DNA from: Chromera velia
Lineage: Eukaryota
Assembly: GCA_018398765.1 (NCBI GenBank)
Contig: JAHBMJ010000366.1
Location: 1 to 64,000, forward strand
Direction of reading: 5' to 3'
Length of the DNA stretch: 64,000 nucleotides
Each line of letters starts with the position of its first letter. Position 1 is the stretch's first letter. Positions 14,469-27,300 of this stretch are shown piece by piece. Both the position numbers and the translations under genes were made by a program. Below the pieces are notes generated by a model. The model did no database searches. It saw nothing but the letters and a program-made list of their open reading frames with translations, and was not told where the DNA came from.

Positions 14469-17400
14469 GGTTGGGAGACAGAGCATCATGAAGAGACACA
14501 GCATGAAGGGCAGCAAAAGGATAACGGGCTTAATATTAGCATTGCTTCGTTCCCCCCCCCCGTCTTTCTCCTTGCCTGTGACGCACACTTTCTCTGTTTT
14601 GTCAGCCGGCATATTCATTCATGTCCCAAAATAGGTCTGTTTTCTTCCTTGAACTTCCCCCCCCGCTCTCTTTTTCTCTTTGTCCTCTTTTCATTTTGCG
14701 CATTGCCATCCGCTCTTTTCCATGCCACGATACCTACGTTCCTCCTTCTTCTCCTCCTCCTCCTCCTCATTCTTCTTCTTCTTCTTCTTCTCCTTCTTCT
14801 TCTTCTTCTTCTTCTCTTTCTGTTTTTGCGATGAATGACTGTCGCATGAATGCAGCACGATGCCCTGCCCTCCCTTTGTTGGACACCAAAAGATTTGCCA
14901 AACCGATTCCGAAAACGGATGACGGCAAAGACTCCACACGACACGGCACACGGTAGGCAGCTAGAAAGAAAGAAGTGTGGGTGAGTGAGTGAGTGAGTGA
15001 GTGAGTGAAAGAGTCCTTCTCTTCCCTCCCTGTGCAGTTCTTCTCCCTGTGCCTGCGTATGATGCATGTATGATACATAAATTTACTTGAAGAATTATTG
15101 TAATTGTTTTGCATACAGATTCAAGACACCTCCAAGCATGTCGACATTGGGTTGGAGGAAATTTGAGGGACTAGCTACGCTATGGGCTTGACTGCCTTCC
15201 GTTGATTGTCTGAAGAAGGCGAAGAGTCTGTTGCAACACCTCACAGCAGCGGCAACAGAGGGGAAGGGACGGACGGAATCATGAAACCATTTCTTCTCCT
15301 TACACGCAGACTGATGCATTTGTTTCCCATTTCCCCACCACTCATTCCTTCTTTTTCACGCCTAAAGACGTTTTGAGATCACAAAAAGACTGCTCCTGTA
15401 TGCATAGGCAAAAGTGCTCGGAGAATCAGCTGAACACGACTTAGACGCACAGTCTCTGTACATACATATGGAATGTAGGGGAATGTGCACATGTGATCGA
15501 GTGCAGGTACGAAATTCAATGCGCAGCTGCCCACAGCCCCATTCCAGCCACTCCGGGGAAGGACGTGATGGTGTGTGTGGACGGCCGATGGACTCAACCA
15601 TTGATCGAGTGCTTCGGTGAGTCTCCCCGTGCTGCAAATCTGGATTGCGCTCGCTCGTTTGGTACGATGTCAGCATTTTGTTTTCCTTCTGCGTTTTTGG
15701 AGACTTTTCGGATGACCGTTTCAGAGAGGTCCTGCGATCAAGCATGTATTCGCTCAACCAAATTCTTCTTCGTGCAGCCACATGCGGAGTTTACCCAAAC
15801 AACCACGGGGAGAACTTCAAGAGGCTTCCTCGGGGCCTCGCGCCCCCCCTGACCAAATCGGGAGAAACTGCCAGTGCCACCGGGACCTTTGCACACGGCA
15901 CCTCGGTCACCCTCAAATGTTCGGAGGGCTTCACGAGACTAGAGACGGGGGGGGAGCCAGGCACTGACTCGAGCGTCTGTGCGGATGGAAAGTGGAGTAT
16001 CGCGGAGGTTCACTGCAAACGTTGGTCGGGGGTGTCACAGGAATGTTCGTTTGTGGGTGAAAACAAACAGAGGCCGATGTTGAATTCAAGTCGATAAATG
16101 TGTATCCGTGAGGCATCAGAGCATACTCTAGCTCGAGATTTGATGCGCTTCAGGGTCGTGAAGAGTCACTCAAAGAATTGCTCCCGGCGGCTGTATTTGA
16201 TTGCATCCATGTGCTCTTTCAATTGTCTGTGTACCGCATGGAAATCAGGAAGATAGACAGAGAGACCCACAGACTGGAAAACCCTGACGGACAGTGGCCC
16301 ATTTCAGAGCCAGGCAGAAGACGCTTCAGAAGTCTTTCCGCGGTGTTTTGTCCACGCGTTTGTATTCGTTTCCTGGAACGCACATATCCCTGTTTACCGT
16401 GCTTAGGCTTGTCTTTCGCACACTGGCCGACACACGTGTACGGCATTCATGATCATATGCCTAATTGAAAATGAAATTACAAAAAATGTTCTATTGAGTG
16501 TAAATCTTCTCCTCGTCTCTTTCCTCTTGTTTTTTTTGTTTTGCTGCAGAGAACTGCGTTCCCTACGGGGAGGTTGTGGATCCCCGCAAGTACTCGATTG
16601 AGCGGGAGGGGGCGGGGGGAAGGATGTCGACGGAGGAGGGTGTGGAGGTTCCCTGGGTCCATGGCACGAGAGTGAAGGTGAGGTGCCACGAGGGACTCTC
16701 ACCTCTGATGGGAGGAGGGAAGACTGTGGCTTCGGGAGAAGAGAAAGAGGAAGGGGAAGGAGAGGGAGAAGCAGCAGAGAAAGCGCCAGACGGCACAAGA
16801 GGCGAGGAATGGGTAGAGTGCACAGACGGGTACTGGACCACGAGGACCCTCGAATGCGCCTGTGAGTCTGTCTGTCTGTCTGTCCATCTTTCCGTCTCTC
16901 TTTTTGTCTGCCTGTCTGTTTATTGATATCAAGCTACCTAGTCATTTCGTTCTGTCTTTCCGATATTGTATGCAAGACACAAGAGCTGAGCTCTTTTCTG
17001 CCTTTCTGTCTGCCTCTTCCCCTCCCCCCCCCACCCCGACCTCTCCTTCCTCCCAGTGCGGCTTTGCTTTACGCTTCTCTGCATAAATTTGCCGTCGTCC
17101 CGCTTCTGTGTGCTGATGGTCTGATGTACTGAAGTGAACGTTTGTTTTCGCTGACTGACACGAACCTTTAAGTGACCATCCCGCATTGTTTGTTCTCGTT
17201 CTGTTTGTGCGCGTGTCTTTTCGTACGCACAGCTTATGTGATGGACTACTCTTAAGAATGGGGGTCAGCTTGACCCAATCAACTCAGTCAGTGGGGATTG
17301 ATGGCCACCTCTTTCTTTTTCTTTCTGTCTTCTGTGCAGTCAACTGCGGCCCCTTCCCGCCGCCCCCCCCCGGCTACTTCGTCACCCCAGCGACTGGCCC

Positions 17401-17841
17401 CAACACCCACGGAGATACACGGACAGTAGAGTGTATCACGGACCCTGGTCGGAAGGGAAGGGAAGGGAAGGGAAGGCAGGAAGAGAAAAAAAGGGGGGAG
17501 GAGAAGAGTCGTTTAGAAAGGGAAGGAAAAGAACAACCATCTGTTGCTTGACTGTTGCAAAGCTTGAACGATCTAGACAGACGCTCTTACAGCCCTTGCA
17601 ATAAATCGTGTGTAAGTAAATTCTTTCTCCTTCCTTCCTTTCTACATTTTTCGGTGCAGACGACCTCAAGTGGGGCGGCCTGAAGGTCCCCTGGGAATTG
17701 GGGTATTCGGACGTTCTGGGTGTGAACAAAGAGGACGTGACGTGTGAGGACGGCCAGTGGACGCTGATGTCCCTCATCTGCTTCCAGAAGTGCCCGGCGT
17801 ATGAGCTCGACGCGCAGGCCTACATGGTCAACCCAGCACAG

Positions 17842-17877
<36 letters not shown>

Positions 17878-20703
17878 GTATGTTCAGGGAGGTTCATCTG
17901 TATTGTTGGAAGGAGAGAAGAAATTGGAGGCCACGCCTCACTCACCTGACATTTTGGTCCCTATGTCTGTCTGCCTGTCAATTTCACGCTCCAACGGGTC
18001 TGCGTGCATGCATTCTAACTGAGGGACTCTGCTCTTCTCTCTCTTTCGTGATCACTCTCTGCATGTGGGTGTTTGGGGGGTATGCGTCTGAGTGTGTGAG
18101 CCTGGTTGACTGACTGCCTACTCGGCTGTCTGATTGCAGAGTTGATTGAATGATTTGCTTGTTGCCTGCCTGCAGGAGATGATTGAGGGTCTGGAAAAGG
18201 AGCGTCAGGAGATTCACTTTCGTCACGCAGCGGAGAGGCACATCATGTGCGACTCGTTGTACTCGGACCCTGTGTCCAATCTGACGGAGGACGGGGTGAG
18301 GTGCAACAACGGGACCTGGACCTCCAAGCAGCTCCACTGCAGGGGTGGGTTCGTGGGTGTGCCTCTTTGTTTGGCCTTGAGAAGGGAAGGGAAGGGAAGG
18401 GAAGAGAAGGGAAGGGACGTACTCTCTTACGTTTTCATTTTAATTCTAGAGTGCATGCACAAGAGGAAAATGGATACCCCTGGACATGTGCCGCCGCATT
18501 GTTCTTTATTTGAATCTGCTGGGACAACCTTAGTGGGCAAAGAAAGAGTCACACTCAGATTCATAGAACCGATCGAGAGAGAGAGAAACTCATCAACGAA
18601 TGAAGAGCCATAGATAACACTTTCGCGTACTCGACACGAAAAGTTGTATAAAGATGCATATCCGTGCAGTTTTTGTATAAGTTTTACGCACGCAGCGTGC
18701 TGATGCATACAAATGGACCGCCCAGACAGAAACAAAAACACGTTTATTCTACAGTCGACCGGAATGCCCCCAAGAAATCAAATCCATTCTCACTGCCTCA
18801 CGGAAAGACGCCTGTATGTCCGGATCAATGCTTGCCTGCAGAGAAATGCCCCGGGAGGATGTTCTACCAGCTTCCGCCATCGTACGAGACCACCCCCGAG
18901 ATTAACAGAAACGGCCTGTACGACCACCAGGCGGAGATTCTGGTCACCTGCGGGAGAGGATACGATCAGATGCCGATGCCAGACCCAGAGGAAGACAGAC
19001 CGATGGAGAACTGGGTGCACTGTCTTGACGGAAATTGGACGGCGCTGTCTATCAGATGCGTTGGTAAGTCAGCCAGAAGTGGGGGGAGGGGTAGGGAGGC
19101 GTCGTCTCTTTTTTTTTCTTTTCTTTTCTATTCCCTTCTTTCAGAATTTGGAATCTGCGAAGTCGACAGTGAATACATTTGATTACCACTCAGATGCGAT
19201 CTCGCATAAGGCCTTCCATCCAAATGAAAATGCAGCCCGATGCCCTCTCTACCAAGACTTTGACCCCGAGACGGAGACCCTAGTGCCCTTCACGGATGAC
19301 CAGAGGGAACTATACTGGGACGAGGATACCAAGACCGTCTCCCACAACTACCACGTGACGGTGCAGTGCAAGAATCTGAACACCATGAGAGATGCAAGCA
19401 CGGCAAGCATCGATCCCCTCGCTCCTCGGAGACAGGCGGAGAACGTCACATGCTTTGACGGAGCATACATGGCTCAGACGCTCAGATGCAAAAGTGAGTG
19501 GGTGGGTGGCATTTGCTGACAATGCCAAGTAAAGGCACAGATAGAAACTTCGATGCCTCCGTGTCTTCCTCGCTCACCATCTGCGCACTTACTCTGTTTT
19601 TGTCTCCACGCATCCGTCAGTTTTTTTTTTCTTCTTTTGTCTCCATGCATCCGTCTGATTACATTTCGGCACCTTGTCATTCTTTAGTCCTCTTTCCAGG
19701 ACAGACAAAGACCTTCATATGCACGTATGTATGCATGCAATTATGTCAACCAAGGCCTGAAGGACCCCTTCCCCGTACGGCTGTGTGACGGAAGACTACA
19801 ATCTCAAGATGTTCTGCAGAATTGGCAGAGACGAATGCGAAATCCATGCTCTATCGGGACTCCTTGCTATTTGTACATTCTGCAGAGGATTGCGGAGACT
19901 CTCTGATCCATGCATTTATTTTCTGTATGAAATAAATCAATAAATTCTCTATGAAAATAAATGTTTCTTCTGCAGAGGATTGCGGAGAGTTTCTGATCCA
20001 TGCTTTTATTTTCTGTATGAAATAAATAAACTCTGTATGAAAATAAGTGTTTATTCTGCAGAGGATTGCGGAGACTTTCTGATCCCCGAAGTGTACCGCT
20101 ACCTGGTCTCGTACCCTGACTTCCCCAACGACACCTACCCCCTCGCAGAGGAACAGGAAAAACGGCTGAAATGGCACGGAGCAGTCAGGCTGATCATGTG
20201 CAACGAGACAAAAGGGTATATGCCCCTCCAGTTTCCAGACGGCACGGGCGGAATGTTCGTGTACGACAAGTTCACGGTCACCTGCATCAACGGGCTCTTC
20301 TCCCTGGTGCAGTTCGAGTGCAAGCGTGCGTCCGTCCTTTTCCTCCCTCTCGCTTGCTTGCTTGCTTTCCTGTGCTTTGCCCACAAGGGAACTCGACATC
20401 CGTTTGTGCTCCCTTGTCCGTACGCTGATATCACGTCATACATTCAAAATCCTTGCGTCATTATTTTTTCAATGCTTGATCGACACCGCATGCCGACAGC
20501 ATCTGGTCTCTCTCCCCTTTCTTTCGGCCTTTTCCAAGAGTCGAAAGGTCCCTCTCTAGTTAGAGTGCGTAAGTGCTCGGTCAGAGGTCGACTGGTGTTT
20601 TTCGTTTATTTCAATCGCTCTGCTGATCTCTTTATTTTTCTGTTCGTCTGTTCGTCTGTTTGTCTGTTCGTCTGTTCGTCTGTTCGTCTGTTCGTCTGTC
20701 TGC

Positions 20704-20756
<53 letters not shown>

Positions 20757-21420
20757 TGCGTGAGTGTGTGTGTCTGTGTCTGTGTCTGTCTCTGTCTCTG
20801 TCCGTGTCTCGGGAGACTTGGCTTTTTCCTCCTATGCATGCATGTGCGCATGTGCAGGAAACTGTCCGCCTGCATCCACAGTTGTGGCCGACACGACCCG
20901 CTACTTCTTTGCACCCGAAAACACCCACCATGCCAGCGGGGTGGCGGTGTCCTGTGCGGATGGGTACGGTCCCACAGTGGGTGCGTCCCCGGAAGAAATC
21001 AGATGCGTCGACGGGGAGTGGACCACTCTGGACCTCAGATGCGGGCGTTAGTCTTTCAGAAATGCATTTTGGTTTTTGTTGTTCTATTTCAGTCCGCTTT
21101 TTTGTTTTTAATATTCGCATCGGAGCAATAAAGAACTAGGCAGCGGTTTCTCCTGACCCTTTCAATTTTTACTCTCTGAAGAAAAGAGCTTTCTCGATGG
21201 GCGCCCGTCGTTTGTCTTTTTTCCCTTTTCGCCGAATGATTGTTTTCTTGTAACATTTTTTTGCTTTCAAGAAAAAAATCAAGAACAAGAAAAGCGGAAG
21301 TCATATGTTCTGTCGTCTGTCTGTCCGTCGGTCGGTCGGTCGGTCGGTTTATCTCTCTCTTTACTTATGAATATATTTCTGTGCGTCTGTGTATATGAAA
21401 CTGTGTGTATGTGTGTGAAA

Positions 21421-21461
<41 letters not shown>

Positions 21462-22312
21462 CGTGTGTGTGTGTGTGTGTGTGCAGCCCTGTGCGAGCCC
21501 TACCGAGACTTCACTGCGAGGACGGATCCGTTTGTGTCGACAGGGTGCAGATACCAGCAGGAGGAGGGGGAAGAACCACAGGACTGCCCCAGAAGGTTTG
21601 TGGTCACGGGAGATCAAATGTCCTCCAACCCCCTCGCGTACGTTCGACTCTCCTGCTCGCCAGGACATTCAGCGGTTCGTTGGTTCTCTTCTTCTTCTTC
21701 TTCTTCTTCTTCTTCGTCTTCTTCTTCTTCTTCTTCTTCTTCTTCTTCTTCCGTTTGGATTCGTTCTGAATGATCTATTGCCTTTTCATTTCGTTGCGAC
21801 AGATGGAAAGAGAACTCTCGTGTGGCGTTTGGGGTTTTCGCTTTATGCGGGGAGACAAACAGTGTCTCTAAAAAGGATGGACGTGGAGATTACACCGGCA
21901 TTGCACATGTTGAAACCACTCAAATGCCCAAAAAGAATTTTTCGTTTATACACACACAAGCGCAGATCAGTACCCCTTTCGCATCGCTTTTCCTTTTCCA
22001 CCCGAGACGTGGTGCACAAAGCAGATACAACTCTTCCTCTGCCATCAGGAAGTAAGAACACAAGAAGTCTTTTGGCCCCGCTCTCTCCTCTACTTATGGG
22101 ACAGAGCGCATGTCTATATGTATACGTATACGTGTATGATTATGTGTATGTGTGTATGTGTATGTGTATGTGTGCAGCCCATGATAGGACCCAACAGGAA
22201 CTCTCAAGAACAGACAGTGAGGTGTCTGAACGGCAAATGGGAGGAAAGAATACTAGACTGCCAGGGTCAGTCAGCAGGTCTCTATCTCTGTGCCTGTGCG
22301 TGTTTCTCTGTT

Positions 22313-22351
<39 letters not shown>

Positions 22352-23780
22352 GTTTGTTTCTTGCTTTCTTTGCTTTGCGTCAACCTCGCGTCTTTCCATC
22401 AGGTGGCCTGACAGGGTCGCTTCTCGTCGTTCCTCTCTTCCTTCTGTCATTCATTCATTCATTCATTCATTCATCCATTCATTCATTCATTCATTCATTC
22501 ATCCATTCATTCATTCATTCATCCATCCATTCATTCATTCATCCATTCATTCATTCATTCATTCCTTTCATGTTGTTGTTTGGTCTCTTTTTTGTGTTTT
22601 TGTTTTCGCGAAAAACGGAGGACAAGTTCGCCCCTTCCCTCTTTCGACCCGACTCGTTTTCTGAGTCCGCTATGTTTCTTTTCTCTTCTCCTTCCTCTTT
22701 CATTAATTGTCTGCGTGTTATCTTTCCATCTCCTTCCTCTCCCGTCCGACTCTGCTCTCATTTCGCTTTGTCGTGAACATTCTTTTTGCCCCACACATCC
22801 CTCTTTGGATGCTAATGTTTGCTTCTTATACCTCCTCACTCCAGGGAGCCTTCCTGAATAGTCAGCATCCATCCTATGCAGCTTGAATCTTATACTTTGC
22901 CTGTCTGCCCGCCTGAATACCATTTTCAGCCAATTGCCCGTCCATGTACGATCCTGGAGCCCCCACCGACTTCAAGTTGTCAGACTCCACACTGTATGGC
23001 AACGCGTACGTGACGGAAGCGCTCGATGTGATGCCGGTGATCGACGATCAGAACAGAACCGTCGGGTACCGGCCGCTCTCCAGAGTCAGAGTGCGCTGTG
23101 GCGAGTCAGTCTCTGTCTCTCTCTCTGTCGGTCTCTTTCTTTCCTAAGGTCCCCTTTTCCTTTCTAAGGTCCCCTTTTCCTCTCTGTCTCTCTTCCTCTC
23201 TCTGTCTATCTCTCTGTCTCTCTGTCGGTCTCTCTCTCTCTCTCTGCCTCTCTCTGTCTCTCTTTCTTTCTCTATCTATCTCTCTGTCTCTCTTTCTGTT
23301 TCTCTCTCTCTGTGTGTCTCTATCTGTCTTTCTATCCAGTCGAGGCCTTTTTTACGTGGAAATTGGAGGAAGCGAAGACCACAAAGAATGCACATTCGTG
23401 CCGTGGGAAGAAAGACGCAAAACGTGGGGACTCCCTACTTATTTCTCGGAGATAGATCTTAGAGTGTCCCAACCATCCTCAAGAATGAATCTGTGATCGT
23501 CTTACTGTTGCACTTTGTCATTCAAATCTCAGTGAACGTCAAAAGTCAATTTCCTCATCCATTTATCGTCCGTCTCATGGTACGACCGCACGCACGCACG
23601 CACACATGCAGGTACTGGACGTCGACGAACTCCGGGAAGACAGAAGACACCGTCGCGTGCATCGACGGGGAATGGGAGCCCCACGAGTTGGACTGCCAAC
23701 GTCAGTCTCTCTCTCTCTCTCTCTCTCTGCCTGCCTCTTCCTCCTCCTCGTCTGCGAAAGGGACGTGTGGATGCTTGTAT

Positions 23781-23820
<40 letters not shown>

Positions 23821-24431
23821 CTTGTGTTTGTATCGCAGTCTGTTTGCCGATGTGAATTCGTCTCATGAGCCGGGGGCCGTGGTTTCTTTTCACTTCTGAC
23901 TGACTCAATTGGTTGTATGCCTTTGTCGGACCTCCGTCTGTGGATGCATTGATGTGTTTCCTTCCATGTGCCTGGCTGATGGTGTATGCACCTTCTTCAC
24001 TGTCTGTCTGTCTGTCTGCCTGTCCATATTCCCTTTTTCTTTCTTGCTTGCTTGCTTGCATGAAATGCAGCAAAGTGTCAAGAGTTCCGTTCAGACTCCG
24101 ACAACGGCATGGTTGTGGGGGCGCCTGTGTACCCGGACTACCGCGCAGCCACAATCTACAACCTCGAGGGGAAATCGTTCGTCGACTACGGGGTGTTCAT
24201 GAAGGTGCACTGCAAGCAGGGGTATAAGCAGACGCCCAACGTGGGCACTCAGAGGGTCATGTGCGCAAGGGGGTCGTTCACACAACCGGAATTCCAGTGC
24301 ATTCGTCAGTTCTTGTCTGCCTGCCTGTCTGTCTGCTGCCTTGTGTCTGTTTCTGCGGTACACGAACAACAAAAAGGGACGATGTGTGGACAGAGCGATG
24401 AATAATTGAGAAGAAAGCAAACGAAGCATCG

Positions 24432-24463
<32 letters not shown>

Positions 24464-25260
24464 AACAAACAGACAGAAAACCAGCAGGCGATGTTTGTTT
24501 GAAGTTCTTTAGGATCCTGTCCCATTCCTCTTTCTGCTTGCAGGGGTCGGATGCTAACACGGAACTGTATATTAGACTCGCAAGCTGTTCGCAATTCATC
24601 ACATATGCACAGACGGAACGGAAAGAAGCAACGAATTCTCTCGATACACCCGCGGTACCGTGTTGCTTTTTGCGTGCAGCCATTTGTCCCGTGCCGATGC
24701 CGGGAGGAATTCCGTGGAACAACGAACGTCCGAATGACAAAGACAAGGCAGCCAGAATGCTGATCAACGGTGATCAAGCCCGCTCGTACACCACAGGAGG
24801 CGCTCTGGTTGCAGAGAATCCCTGGGTGGTGGAGCATGGGTCTGAGTTTCAGTTGATGTGTCTTGCAGGGAAGAATATGCAAAATGGGGTCCGAAGAGTC
24901 GGCACGCCCTATAGGAGGGAGATCGAAAAAACAAAATCCCGACAATTCTCCAAATCAACAGGATACGAAAACGCCAGCCCGTATGTAGGCAGTTGGATCA
25001 AATCCTACTACGGTTTCTACTGTGCCAATTGTGACCTGCAACGGTTGTCGAGAAAGAAGAGATCGACAATGTATGGACCATACAAACGAGTGCAGTGCTG
25101 GTTCGGGCAGTGGACAGACATGAGCTTCGAGTGCCGACAGATCTACACGTACAGATCCTACTCCAACAAAGGATGGTGGACATTCCGTACCTCCGTCGTC
25201 TGCTCGCACATGCACTCGCACGGGTTCATGAGTGGTGAGCACTCCTCTTCTTTCTTTCCC

Positions 25261-25292
<32 letters not shown>

Positions 25293-25702
25293 GTCTGTCT
25301 GTATTGCTGTTTGTCTGTCTGTCTGTCTGTGTGTCTATCTGTCTCTCTGTGTACACGAAGGAAAGAAGAACAAACATATAGTCTGTCTGTCTATCTATCT
25401 GTCTATCTGTCTCTCTGTTTGTCTCTTTGTCTGTGTGTAGTGAGTCTCTCTTTTTCCCCCCCCCAAATTTGAAGGGAGCAGCTTTCCGTGAATGAGTGAG
25501 AAGCTGCGCAACAAACGCAGCACAGCCTCCCCCCCCCCAATTTTGCGTGTATGTGTGTACATGCACGCCCTCCCCTTTAATTCTTGTTCATAAACTTCTG
25601 TGTGTGTGTTCATTCGTCAATTGGTGCAGAGGCACAGCTGCTGTCGGACGAGAGATTTGCCTCACGGGTGTCCCCCCTCTTGGTCAAGGTCTGTCTCTTA
25701 CC

Positions 25703-25734
<32 letters not shown>

Positions 25735-27300
25735 AACACACAGTCTCTCTCTCACTGTCTCTCTCTGCTGCTTCCTTCTTTTGTCGCACAATTCTTACTT
25801 CTTTTGTTGCACAGTTCTTATACTGAGACTTTGTGTCTCGTTGCTTTCATCAAGGTACTCCTTCAGTCTTCTTCGTTGGTCCATTCAATCCTTCGTCTCC
25901 TCTGGATGTCCGTCCATCCAGTGACGCGCCTTTCCATTCCTGTTTCTGCCCCCATACAGACGTTCGTTGTTTGTGTCAAGGACCCATGCAGCCTCGTGAT
26001 TCTATCTATATGCACGTTTGACGAGAATCAAACGCTCTGAGTCTGACTAGATGCCCTTTGTTCGTGCTTTCTGTTTTTGGTTTTGTTGGTTTGAGTTGAG
26101 TGGTCGAGTGGGTGGCTTACGCTTGCAAGGCATTGTCGTCATGTTGTCTCGATTGCCGGTTTCTTTGCTCTGAGTCGTTTTTTCTTCTTTTCTGTTTGCT
26201 TTTCTATTTCTGTGTCCCGATTTCTCACTCCGGTTGCAACAGAGAGGAGCCATGCACCACGAAGAAGTTTCAAAAAATGGATGTCTGCATGATCGATCCT
26301 TCCTTCCTTGTCTGTCGACCTGCCTGCCTGCCTGCCTGTCTGGCTGCAGGGGTACCACACGTGGGCCTTCTACCTTCTTCAGCTCCTGTCTGCGTCTCCG
26401 TTGGCGACTGCTATTGCGGAATCGCATTTTTTCGGCCCCTGGGCGGAGTTTATGCACTGGTCAGAGACCGCAGGAGAGGGAGAAGCAGAGCGAGAAGAAA
26501 TTCAGTTCTCTTCTCCCCGTCTCTCTCCGAGCAATGGGCTTGAGAAGGGGGGAAGGGGGGAAGAAGAAAAACAGAAGGAAAGGGAGATGCCGATGCTGAG
26601 AGTGGCTTGGGGCATGATTCTTCACTCTGTGTATGGCCCCCTGACGACTTTGTTGGGCGGTGTGGTGCAGCTTTGTGAGACCTCTTCCTCCCTCGTTCTG
26701 TCTCTGTTTGAGGGGGTCGGTCGAGGGGGTACGGAAGGCCTGGACGCGGCATTGCAATGGGGGTGGGGAGAAGGGAACATCGTGGAAGTGAAGAGGGGGA
26801 GGGGCAGGGAGTGGTTGAGGGATGCCAGCGAGGAGGAAAGAAGAGAGGCAGAAAGCCGGTGGGAGAGTCAGCGGAGAGGATGGAGAGGGACTGTTGGGGG
26901 AGTCTCGTGCGGCGTTCTGGCTGCTGCCCTGATCTATTTGGTGGGCCTCCTTGTTCTCTCCGTTGTCCTCCGATGCGTCACGGGGGCTGTTCGGTTCTTG
27001 TCTGTCGGTGCCCATTCTCTGCTCTCTTTTGGTCATGGCATCGGGAGGGAATCCGGCACTGCAGCAGAAAAGGAGGAGAAAGAAGATGCTTCTGCCAGTG
27101 TCGACGAATCGTCATTTACGTCAAGTTTGGCCGCGGCTCCATCAGAAAGACAAAGGCCAACTGCCCAACGGCCCATCTTTTCCCAAAAGGATCGGGCAAA
27201 GACGTACGAGTGGAAACCCGATCCCGTGACCCGATCTGAAGGCTCCAATGAGTTGAAAAAAATGATAATCAAATCAAAGATGGCCCCAAGTTTTGACTGA
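6596..27300 (+). CDS. Giant multi-exon surface protein: signal peptide, LamG/concanavalin-like domain, CGNG..E.CD Cys-rich repeat, ~22 Sushi/CCP-like modules, C-terminal transmembrane region
   Basis: Putative signal peptide MQHFPIQSLFLHFFLVWELFSYVSA (ATG 6596). Exon 7836-8497 is LamG-like (LTLTFFLKL..QVILDNG..VQFFRMG..VLGCG..FEGELAYVGI). Exon 9076-9240 reads CGNGEKDRQESCD. From 9819 to ~25135 repeated C-P...HG..v.v.C..G.....C.dG.W....l.C modules. Last exon 26350-27300 carries hydrophobic GVLAAALIYLVGLLVLSVVLRCV. Roughly 2,500 aa; the 5' end and the exons near 25.6-26.3 kb are less certain. Confidence 0.8.
19878..20085 (+). repeat. Three ~88-bp tandem copies of a splice acceptor plus exon start
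   Basis: TTCTGCAG|AGGATTGCGGAGA..TCTGATCC occurs with its AG at 19884-85, 19974-75 and 20060-61, separated by AT-rich filler. Confidence 0.9.

Noticed and set aside
19878..20085. CRISPR-like repeat-spacer array
   Set aside because: The spacers resemble each other, the repeat is an exon junction, the context is eukaryotic and there are no cas genes.
23143..23181. 20-bp tandem duplication CTAAGGTCCCCTTTTCC
   Set aside because: Ordinary slippage in a low-complexity intron.
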